Positions 38,849 through 47,147 of a DNA stretch of 64,000 bases are shown here, one piece after another. The DNA is taken from the NCBI GenBank assembly GCA_963828165.1, contig CAWHDR010000001.1:480001-544000 (forward strand), written 5' to 3'. A program made the position numbers and the translations under genes. Each line of letters begins with the position of its first letter. The first letter of the stretch is position 1. Origin of the DNA: an uncultured Chloroflexia bacterium (GTDB taxonomy: Bacteria > Chloroflexota > Limnocylindria > Limnocylindrales > CSP1-4). Below the pieces are notes generated by a model, which worked only from the letters and a program-made list of their open reading frames with translations, was not told the DNA's origin and did no database searches.

Positions 38849-41203
38849 ATGTTTTCTCGCTGGGGAGCCTTCGTCTATCGCTTTCGTCGACCGATCGCGA
38901 TCCTCGCGGTGGTCCTGGCCATCGCCTCGGCGTCACTTGCGTCGCAGGTGACCGGGGCGCTCAGCGCCGGCGGCTGGACCGATCCTGATTCCGAATCGGC
39001 GGCGGTCGCCCAACGACTGGAGGACGAGTTCGGTGCCGGCGGTGGCGCGATCGTGGCTTTGTTCGACGGCGCGGCGGGTGACGACGCCCGCTCCGACGAG
39101 TTCCAGGCCGAGATCGCCGCGTCGCTCGACCGACTCCTCGCCGACGAGCGGACCGCTGGCGTCGTCGGCTGGGCGGAGACCCGCGACGACCGCTTCATCA
39201 GCACGGATGGGACGTCCGCCTACGTCCTGGTTCGGCTCGCGATCACCGACGAGGCCGCGGTCGACGAGATGCACGAGCTGCGCACCCTGATCGACCGGCC
39301 CGCCGGTATGACCATGCTGCTGACGGGCGTGGCGCCGGCGACCCAGGACCAGGCCGAGCAGTCGGAGAAGGAGCTGGTCCAGGCGGAGACGGTCTCGTTC
39401 CCGTTCGCCGCGCTCATCCTCATCCTCGTGTTCGCGTCGCTCATCGCGGCCGGCCTGCCCCTGGTCGTGGCCGCGTTGGCGATCCCCACGACGCTCGGCG
39501 GCGTCTACCTCGCCGCGCAGGTGACGGAGCTCTCGATCTACGTCCAGAACGTCGCGACGATGCTGGGCCTGGCCCTCGCCATCGACTACTCGCTGTTCAT
39601 GGTCAGCCGCTTCCGCGAGGAGCTCCGAAAGGGCCGGGACGTCGCCACCGCAGTCGAGATCACCGTCGCCACCAGCGGCAAAGCCGTCACCTTCTCCGGA
39701 CTTGCCGTGGCGGTCGGGCTGTCCGGGCTGCTCCTGTTCGAGCCGTCCGCCCTGCGCTCGTTCGGGATCGGTGGAGCCCTCACCGTCGCGGCGTCGGTCT
39801 TCTACGCCCTCACGTTCCTGCCGGCGGTCCTCGGCATGCTCGGGCATCGCGTCAACTCGGGCGGCGTGGCCGGATTGGGCGAGCGGATCCGGCGGGCGCT
39901 GGGTCGGCCGGTCGGCGAGGCGGCCGTCCTCGCCCGTGCGTCGCGCTGGGAACGCGTGGCGCATGCGGTCATGGCCCGTCCCGTCGCAGTCCTGATCCCG
40001 ACGCTTGCGTTCCTGCTCATTCTTGGCACGCCGTTCCTGCGACTCAGCCAGGGCATCCCCGATGCGTCGGTCCTGCCACCGGGCATCGAGAGCCGGGAAG
40101 CGGCGGTCGCGCTGTCGAACGACTTCCGGGCCGGCGAGACGTCTCCGATCGTGGTCCTCGCGACGGTCGACGGCTCCCCGACGGATGCGGCCAACGTCCA
40201 GCGCATCCTCGATCTCGGCGTGGCCATCGACGAGGTCGCGGACATCGACCGAGTCGAAGGCCCGTTCGTCGGGCTCAAGGATCCGGTCACCGGCGCCGAC
40301 CTTGACGCCGCGGGCATCTCGACCCTGTTCAACGCGCCACGCGACCAGCTCCCACCGGACGTCGCCGCCGGGCTCACCCGGCTCGAGGACGCCTACCTCC
40401 GCGATGCGACGGTGCGCCTCGATGCGATCAGTCCGCTCGCCCCGCTGAGTCCGGCGGGCTCCGCCGTCGTGCCGCTCGTCCGGGATGTCTCGGTCGATGG
40501 CGTCACCACGCAGGTCGGCGGGCTCGCGGCCGACGGGCAGGACTTCATGGCCAGCCAGTCCGGCACCATCCCGTACGCCATCGCCCTGACCCTTGGGGCG
40601 AGTGCCCTGATCCTGTTCCTGCTGTTCGGGTCGGTCATCATCCCGATCAAGGCCGTGATCATGACGCTGCTGTCGATCACCGCCTCGTTCGGCGCCCTGG
40701 TGTTCATCTTCCAGGACGGCAACTTCGCCGAGCTCCTCAACTTCGAGTCGCCGGGGTTCACCATCGCCGGCAACCCGATCATCATGTTCAGTGTCCTGTT
40801 CGGCCTCTCGATGGACTACGAGGTCCTGCTCCTGTCCCGCATCCAGGAGGCCTACCGGCGGACCGGCGACAACACCGCGTCGGTCGCCGAGGGCCTGGCC
40901 AAGACCGCCGGCGTCATCACCGGCGCGGCGCTGATCATGGTCACGGTGTTCTCGGCGTTCGCGCTCGCCGAGTCGATCACCATCAAGAGCATCGGCGTGG
41001 GCATGGCGATCGCGGTCCTCATCGATGCCACGATCGTGCGAGTCCTGCTCGTCCCGGCCACCATGCGGCTCATGGGCCGCTGGAACTGGTGGGCACCCGG
41101 ACCGCTGGGCCGCTTCGCGGACCGGCTCGGGTTCAACCACGTCGAGGATGTCGAGGTCCAGGCGGCATCCATCCCGGCGCCGTCGGCGACCCCGGCCGGG
41201 TAG
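38849..41203 (+). CDS. MMPL-family (RND) transporter
   Basis: GLALAIDYSLFMVSRFREE and FGLSMDYEVLLLSRIQE duplicated TM motifs; DATIVRVLLVPA. Confidence 0.95.
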   Translation: MFSRWGAFVYRFRRPIAILAVVLAIASASLASQVTGALSAGGWTDPDSESAAVAQRLEDEFGAGGGAIVALFDGAAGDDARSDEFQAEIAASLDRLLADERTAGVVGWAETRDDRFISTDGTSAYVLVRLAITDEAAVDEMHELRTLIDRPAGMTMLLTGVAPATQDQAEQSEKELVQAETVSFPFAALILILVFASLIAAGLPLVVAALAIPTTLGGVYLAAQVTELSIYVQNVATMLGLALAIDYSLFMVSRFREELRKGRDVATAVEITVATSGKAVTFSGLAVAVGLSGLLLFEPSALRSFGIGGALTVAASVFYALTFLPAVLGMLGHRVNSGGVAGLGERIRRALGRPVGEAAVLARASRWERVAHAVMARPVAVLIPTLAFLLILGTPFLRLSQGIPDASVLPPGIESREAAVALSNDFRAGETSPIVVLATVDGSPTDAANVQRILDLGVAIDEVADIDRVEGPFVGLKDPVTGADLDAAGISTLFNAPRDQLPPDVAAGLTRLEDAYLRDATVRLDAISPLAPLSPAGSAVVPLVRDVSVDGVTTQVGGLAADGQDFMASQSGTIPYAIALTLGASALILFLLFGSVIIPIKAVIMTLLSITASFGALVFIFQDGNFAELLNFESPGFTIAGNPIIMFSVLFGLSMDYEVLLLSRIQEAYRRTGDNTASVAEGLAKTAGVITGAALIMVTVFSAFALAESITIKSIGVGMAIAVLIDATIVRVLLVPATMRLMGRWNWWAPGPLGRFADRLGFNHVEDVEVQAASIPAPSATPAG

Positions 41204-41215
41204 GCTGTCACCCTG

Positions 41216-41800
41216 ATGGACGACCGACCTGAGCCGAACGTCACCCGCCTGCCGCCGGACAGCGGCCGCCAGGATCCCAATGCGGGCAGCGGCCGCGCGT
41301 ACACCTGGGAATGGGGACCGGACCAGGCGCGCCGCCCCGGCCTGCCCTGGGTCGGCGTCTTCCTGCTCGTATTCGGTGGGCTGCTGCTCGCCCGCGAGCT
41401 GTTCCCGGAGGCGCGCTCCCTCGGGTCGTTGATCGTGCTCGCGGTCGGCATCGCCTTCCTCATCAAGTGGGCAGTCGACCGCGGCACTGGCTCCCTGTAC
41501 GCCGGGGCGATCATCACCGCTCTCGCCGTCCCGGGCGTGCTCACCGACGCCGGACTCGCCCTCGAGGGCCTCGGCACGTTCTGCTTCGGGGTGGCCTTCC
41601 TGTTCATCGCCGCGGTCAGGGCTGCGTCCGGAGGCGGGCTCGGGTGGCAGGCCTGGTTCGGTGGATTGCTGGCGCTGCTGGGCGGCGTGAACATGCTCTC
41701 CCCGCAGGTCGGGGGCCTGGTCGTGCCGATCGCGCTGGTCGCACTCGGAGCTGTGCTCGTGTTCGGCGGCGCGTTCCGAGGGGCCGACCGCCGACGCTGA
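41216..41800 (+). CDS. Hypothetical multi-pass membrane protein
   Basis: About six hydrophobic segments; directly after the MMPL gene. Confidence 0.72.
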   Translation: MDDRPEPNVTRLPPDSGRQDPNAGSGRAYTWEWGPDQARRPGLPWVGVFLLVFGGLLLARELFPEARSLGSLIVLAVGIAFLIKWAVDRGTGSLYAGAIITALAVPGVLTDAGLALEGLGTFCFGVAFLFIAAVRAASGGGLGWQAWFGGLLALLGGVNMLSPQVGGLVVPIALVALGAVLVFGGAFRGADRRR

Positions 41801-41806
41801 GCGGGC

Positions 41807-43192
41807 CTACTCCGCGGGGCTGGCCACCACCGGCAATCCGTCAGCCGCTTCGGCCACGGCTTCGGCGAGGACATCCGCGATCCGCACGAGCTCCTCGTCC
41901 GCGACGATGAACGGCGGTCCGAGCAATATCGTGTCGCCGTCGATGCCGTTCGCATTGCCGGTACCCGAGTAGACCAGCAATCCACGGCCCCGGGCCGCGA
42001 GGACGATCGCCTCCGTGACCCTCGCGGCACGCGGGTACGGCCGGCGGGTGGCCCGGTCCGCCACGAGCTCCAGACCGACCATCAGTCCCCGGCCACGGAT
42101 GTCACCGACCCGCTCATGGCCGTCGAGCCGCTCGTGCAGGAGCGCCAGCAGCCGTTCGCCCTTGCTGGCACTGGCGGCCACCAGGTCCTCGTCGTGGAGG
42201 ATGCGCAGGACCTCCCGGGCGACTGCCGCCCCGACCGGCGAGTGCGAGTACGTGAACCCGTGGACGAAGCCGGCGCCCGGAGCCATCACGGTCTCGAACA
42301 CCGGTCCCGCCGCCGCGACGAACCCGAACGGCCAATACCCGGACGTCGCGCCCTTGGCCGCGACCAGCAGGTCCGGCCTCACGCCCCAGTGGTCGAGGCC
42401 GAACCAGCGTCCCGTCCGGCCGAACCCGGTCATGACCTCGTCCGCGACGAGCAACACGCCGTGGCGTGCGCAGACCTCCGCGATGGCGGGCCAGTAGTCG
42501 TCCGGGGGCGCGGCGGCGGCGAGCGTGGCCCCGACGATCGGCTCCGCGACGAAGGCTGCCACGCGACCGGCACCCGCCTCGGTGATGGTCGTGTCGAGCT
42601 CGGCGGCGAGGGCCGATGCGTCGCCCAGGGCGTGGGCCGCGGCCTCGCCAGCGCGGTATGCGTAGGCCGCCGACACGTGGCGGAAGCGGCCCAGCCAGGG
42701 CTCGTACGGACGGCGCAATGGCGGACGGCCCGACAGGTCCAGGGCCCCGAGCGTGTTGCCGTGGTAGCTGCCGTGCCGGGCGATGACCACGTCACGGTCG
42801 GGTTCGCCGCGGGCGAGGTGGTAGGCACGGACCAGCTTGAGGGCCGTCTCGATGGCCTCGGAGCCGCCCGAGACCGGGTAGATCGCCGGGTCGTCCACGG
42901 GCAGGACCGCGGCGACCTCAGTGGCGTAGGCCTCCAGTGGCTCGGTCGTGAACGCGCTGCCGTGGGCGTAGGCCAGGCGGCCGCCCTGGCCGGCCATGAT
43001 CGCTGCGATGTCCGCGCGCCCATGACCCACGTTGACGACGATCGCCCCGCCGGCCGCATCGAGGTACTCCCGCCCGGCCGAGTCGCGGATGGTCGACCCG
43101 GACGCCGACACCGCGACCGGTGGCGCATCGACCGTCGTACGGCGGAAGACGCGACCGCGCGTGGGGGCGAAGACGGACCGAGGCTCAGGCAT
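41807..43192 (-). CDS. Class III aminotransferase
   Basis: YLDAAGG, SGGSEAIE, SYHGNT, DEVMTGFGRTG, AAKG. Confidence 0.93.
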   Translation of the reverse strand: MPEPRSVFAPTRGRVFRRTTVDAPPVAVSASGSTIRDSAGREYLDAAGGAIVVNVGHGRADIAAIMAGQGGRLAYAHGSAFTTEPLEAYATEVAAVLPVDDPAIYPVSGGSEAIETALKLVRAYHLARGEPDRDVVIARHGSYHGNTLGALDLSGRPPLRRPYEPWLGRFRHVSAAYAYRAGEAAAHALGDASALAAELDTTITEAGAGRVAAFVAEPIVGATLAAAAPPDDYWPAIAEVCARHGVLLVADEVMTGFGRTGRWFGLDHWGVRPDLLVAAKGATSGYWPFGFVAAAGPVFETVMAPGAGFVHGFTYSHSPVGAAVAREVLRILHDEDLVAASASKGERLLALLHERLDGHERVGDIRGRGLMVGLELVADRATRRPYPRAARVTEAIVLAARGRGLLVYSGTGNANGIDGDTILLGPPFIVADEELVRIADVLAEAVAEAADGLPVVASPAE

Positions 43193-43285
43193 CGCCCGAT
43201 CGTAGGCCATGCGTCGCCGGGGCGCCGCCCCGCCGCCGGCTATCGCGAACGCCGACGCGGTCCCCCTCCCCTAGGATGGACGGGG

Positions 43286-46200
43286 ATGCAGCATCTCGAT
43301 GTCGAGCTCGGCCGCGACGAACCCGAGGCATACATCGCCCGGGACCGCCGCCGAGCGCTCGCGACCCGGACCGAGATGCCCGATCGGGTCCGCGGCGCGG
43401 CACTGTTCGCCGACGTCTCGGGATTCACGCCGCTGACCGATGCCCTCGCGAATGAGCTCGGCTCGCAACGTGGCGCCGAGGAGCTCACCGCCAACCTGGG
43501 CCGCGTCTTCCACGCCGTCATCGAAGAGCTCGATCGCCACGGGGGCGACGTCATCTACTTCTCCGGCGATGCCATCACCTGCTGGCTCGATGGCGACGAC
43601 GGCCTGCGTGCGACCGCGGCCGCGCTGGCGATGCAGGCCGCGATGGCCCGCGTCGGGACGATCCGGACGCCGGCCGGGACGACGGTCCAGCTCGCCCTGA
43701 AGGTCGCCGTGGCCGCAGGTGACGCCCGCCGGTTCGTGGTGGGCGACCCCGAGATCCAGCTCATCGACGTCCTGGCCGGCGCCCTGATCGACGACCTCGC
43801 GGAGACCGAGCATTACGCCGAGAAGGGCGAGGTCGTGCTCGATCCATCGGCGGTCGCGGGCCTTGGTGACCGGGTCCGGATCGCGGACTGGCGTGACGCC
43901 GCCGGCGGCGATCGCCGGTTCGGGGTCGTCGAGTCGCTCCTTGCGGATGTCCCGACGCGTGCCGTGGAGGAGCCGCCACCGTTGGATGACGAACTCGTCC
44001 GACCGTGGCTGCTCCCCGTGGTGTGGGAACGGCTCCGCGCCGGCCGCGGCGAGTTCCTGGCCGATCTGCGGCCCGCCTTCCCATTGTTCCTGCGCTTCGG
44101 GGGCATCGACTACGACCATGACGAGGACGCCATCGAGAAGCTCGACGACTTCGTCCGGCACGCGCAACGGATCATGGCCGGCTTCGGTGGGAACGTCCTG
44201 CAGCTGACGCTGGGCGACAAGGGCGCCTACCTGTACGGCGTGTTCGGCTCACCGGTCGCGCACGAGGACGACGCGGCGCGAGCGGCCGCAGCGGGCCTGG
44301 AGCTGCGCGACCTGGAACGCACGACCCATGCCCGCGACATCCAGATCGGCATCACCCACGGTCGGCTCCGCAGCGGCACGTATGGGCACGCGATGCGTCG
44401 GACGTTCGTCTGCCTCGGTGACGCGGTGAACCTGTCGGCCAGGCTGATGTCGGCAGCGGCACCGGGGAGCATCGTCGTCGGGGACGAATTGCACGACCTG
44501 GCCGGTGACGCGTTCCTGTGGGAGCGCCTGCCCGACTTGAAGGTCAAGGGCAGGACCTGGGACATCGTGGCGTATCAGCTGACCGGCTCACTCGAGCGCG
44601 CCTCCCGGCGTCGGATCCGCTACGAGTTGGAGCTCGTCGGCCGGCGCGGGGAGCTCGCCGCGCTCGACGAGGGCCTCGAGGCCGCGCTCGCGGGAGAAGG
44701 CGGGATCGTCGGGATCGCCGCGGAGGCCGGCATGGGCAAGTCGCGCCTCGTCGCGGAGTTCGTGCGTAGCGCCCGACGGCGCGGCGTTTTCGTCGCCTTC
44801 GGGGAGTGCCAGTCGTTCGGCACGAACGCGAGCTACTTCGTGTGGCGCGAGATCTGGCGACGCCTGCTTCGGGTCGAGGACGCCGACTCGGACGACGAGC
44901 AACGGCGGGGAGTCGAGGCGGCGCTCGAGGCGATCGATCCGGCGCTCGCGCCCCGCGCTCCCCTGCTCGCGACCGTGCTCGGGCTGGAGATCCCGGACAA
45001 CGACCTGACGGCCGCGCTCGACGCGAAGCTGCGCAAGGCGTCGCTCGAGGATCTCCTCGCGACGTGCCTTCGCGACCGGGCCGCCGGCGAGCCGCTCGTC
45101 CTGGTACTCGAGGACTGTCACTGGATCGACGCGCTGTCGCGCGACCTGCTCGAAGCGCTCGGCCGGGCCGCGCTCGGGCTGCCGGTCCTGATCGTCCTGG
45201 CCTATCGCCCGACCAACGAGCCCGGTGGCGGTCTCGGCGTCGAACGCCTGCCGTCGTTCTCGGAGATCGGCCTCGCCGAGCTCGACGCCCACGACGCGGC
45301 CGAGCTGATCCGCTCCAAGCTCGACCAGGTCCGAACCACGGGCGGGGAGGCGGGGTCAGGGTCGGAGGCTGGGGAGGCCCTCGTAGCGCTTGTCATCGAG
45401 CGATCCGGCGGCAATCCGTTCTACATCGAGGAGCTCATCACCTACATCTCATCGCACGGCGTGGACCCGGGTGACGCCGCCGCCGTTCGTGCACTGGAGC
45501 TGCCGGAGAGCCTGCACAGCCTCGTTCTGTCACGGATCGATACGATGGGCGAGGAACCGCGCCGTACCCTCAAGGTCGCCAGCGTCGTCGGGCGCGTGTT
45601 CGAGGCGCCGGTGCTGCCCGGCGCATACCCGGAGCTCGGCGGCCTCGACACGGTCATCGAGCAGCTCGACACCCTGCGTGCCGCCGATCTGGTCAACCTC
45701 GATCGCGAAGCCGATCAGGCCTACCTCTTCAAGCACGTCGCCACCCAGGAGGTCGCCTACGAGAGCCTGCCATTCGGCCTTCGGGCGATGCTCCACGGCC
45801 GGGTCGGCGGCTACATCGAACGCTCCGACCCGGACGCGATCGAGCGACGACTGGACCTCCTGGCGCACCACTTCTGGAACAGCGATGACGAGGAGCGCAA
45901 GCGGTCGTACCTCGCGCGCGCCGCCGACGCCGCCCGTGCCTCCTACGCGAACACCGCGGCCATCGACTACCTGACCCGCCTGGTCCCGCTGCTCGAGGGG
46001 GCCGAGCGCACGGACGCGATGCTCAAGCTGGCCAAGGTCCATGAGCTCGTCGGTGACTGGCCGGTGGCCGAGTCCGTCGCGGGGGAGGCGTTATCCCTCG
46101 CGACCGGCCTGGGCGACCGGAGCGCGCAGGGGTGGAGCCACGCGGCCCTGGCCGAGATCGCTCGCAAGCAGGGTCGGTTCGATGACGCCACCGGGCATTT

Positions 46201-47026
46201 GGACGAGGCGCAGGCCGCCTTCGAGGCCGTCGGCGCGGACGACGGGACGGGCCAGGTCCTCCACCTGGCGGGGACCGTGGCGGCCCAGCGCGGCGACTAC
46301 GACGCGGCCCAGGCCCGCTACGAGGAGAGTCTCGCCATCCGCCAGCGGCTCGACGACAAGGCGAGCATGGGCGGCCTCTATTCCAACCTCGGGGTCATCG
46401 CCGAATACCGGGGCGACTACGCCGGGGCGCGCGCCCTCAACGAGCAGGCGCTGGCCATCCGGACCGAGGTCGGCGATCGCTGGGCGATCGGCGTTTCCCA
46501 GAACAATCTCGGGATGATCGCGCTCCACGAGCGCGCGTTCGGTGAGGCGAGTGAGCGGTTCGAGGAGTCGATCCGCCTGAACCGCGAGGTGGGCGACGCC
46601 TGGATGGTCGCGATCGGTCACAACAACCTCGGCACGGCGACGCGCGGCCTGGGCGATCACATCGCCGCCCGCGAGCACTACGCGGCGAGCCTCCGGGTGT
46701 ACCGCGACTACGACGACCGTTGGGCCCTCGCGTTCCTGCTCGAGGACATCGCCGTCCTGGCCGGGCAGGCGGGGGATCCGGAGGTGGCCTTCGAGCTGCT
46801 CGGCGCCGCGGAGAGCCTGCGGACGACGATCGGGTCCCCCCGCGGCGCCGTCCTTGAGCAGGAGCTGGCCGATCGATTCGCCGCCGCGCGCTCGAGCTTG
46901 GGGAACGTGGCCGCGGACGCCGCGGTGGAACAAGGGCGCTCGATGGATCTCCACGACGCACTTGAGCTGGCGGTCTCGATCTGTGCATCGCTTGGCGTCA
47001 GCCAGACGCGTGACCAGGACTATTGA
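43286..47026 (+). CDS. Soluble-adenylyl-cyclase-like protein: two class III cyclase domains + STAND/AAA ATPase + TPR repeats
   Basis: FADVSGFT, FSGDA, LGDKG, GDAVNLSARLM; Walker A EAGMGKS, Walker B LVLEDCHW, GGNPFYIEE; C-terminal TPRs. Confidence 0.92.
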   Translation: MQHLDVELGRDEPEAYIARDRRRALATRTEMPDRVRGAALFADVSGFTPLTDALANELGSQRGAEELTANLGRVFHAVIEELDRHGGDVIYFSGDAITCWLDGDDGLRATAAALAMQAAMARVGTIRTPAGTTVQLALKVAVAAGDARRFVVGDPEIQLIDVLAGALIDDLAETEHYAEKGEVVLDPSAVAGLGDRVRIADWRDAAGGDRRFGVVESLLADVPTRAVEEPPPLDDELVRPWLLPVVWERLRAGRGEFLADLRPAFPLFLRFGGIDYDHDEDAIEKLDDFVRHAQRIMAGFGGNVLQLTLGDKGAYLYGVFGSPVAHEDDAARAAAAGLELRDLERTTHARDIQIGITHGRLRSGTYGHAMRRTFVCLGDAVNLSARLMSAAAPGSIVVGDELHDLAGDAFLWERLPDLKVKGRTWDIVAYQLTGSLERASRRRIRYELELVGRRGELAALDEGLEAALAGEGGIVGIAAEAGMGKSRLVAEFVRSARRRGVFVAFGECQSFGTNASYFVWREIWRRLLRVEDADSDDEQRRGVEAALEAIDPALAPRAPLLATVLGLEIPDNDLTAALDAKLRKASLEDLLATCLRDRAAGEPLVLVLEDCHWIDALSRDLLEALGRAALGLPVLIVLAYRPTNEPGGGLGVERLPSFSEIGLAELDAHDAAELIRSKLDQVRTTGGEAGSGSEAGEALVALVIERSGGNPFYIEELITYISSHGVDPGDAAAVRALELPESLHSLVLSRIDTMGEEPRRTLKVASVVGRVFEAPVLPGAYPELGGLDTVIEQLDTLRAADLVNLDREADQAYLFKHVATQEVAYESLPFGLRAMLHGRVGGYIERSDPDAIERRLDLLAHHFWNSDDEERKRSYLARAADAARASYANTAAIDYLTRLVPLLEGAERTDAMLKLAKVHELVGDWPVAESVAGEALSLATGLGDRSAQGWSHAALAEIARKQGRFDDATGHLDEAQAAFEAVGADDGTGQVLHLAGTVAAQRGDYDAAQARYEESLAIRQRLDDKASMGGLYSNLGVIAEYRGDYAGARALNEQALAIRTEVGDRWAIGVSQNNLGMIALHERAFGEASERFEESIRLNREVGDAWMVAIGHNNLGTATRGLGDHIAAREHYAASLRVYRDYDDRWALAFLLEDIAVLAGQAGDPEVAFELLGAAESLRTTIGSPRGAVLEQELADRFAAARSSLGNVAADAAVEQGRSMDLHDALELAVSICASLGVSQTRDQDY

Positions 47027-47147
47027 CGCCAGCGAGCAACAAATAGTGCGTTTTACGCTTGCACCGCCCGGGTTCGGGGGATAAGGTCGCACTCCGAGGG
47101 GTAGGCCGCCAGCTGGCGGCGGGTGCAGAGCGCGCGAGGGTGAAATC

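Noticed and set aside
42116-43285. N-terminal ~390 aa of the 1636-aa cyclase ORF
   Set aside because: Antisense to the aminotransferase gene; the real start is most likely ATG 43286
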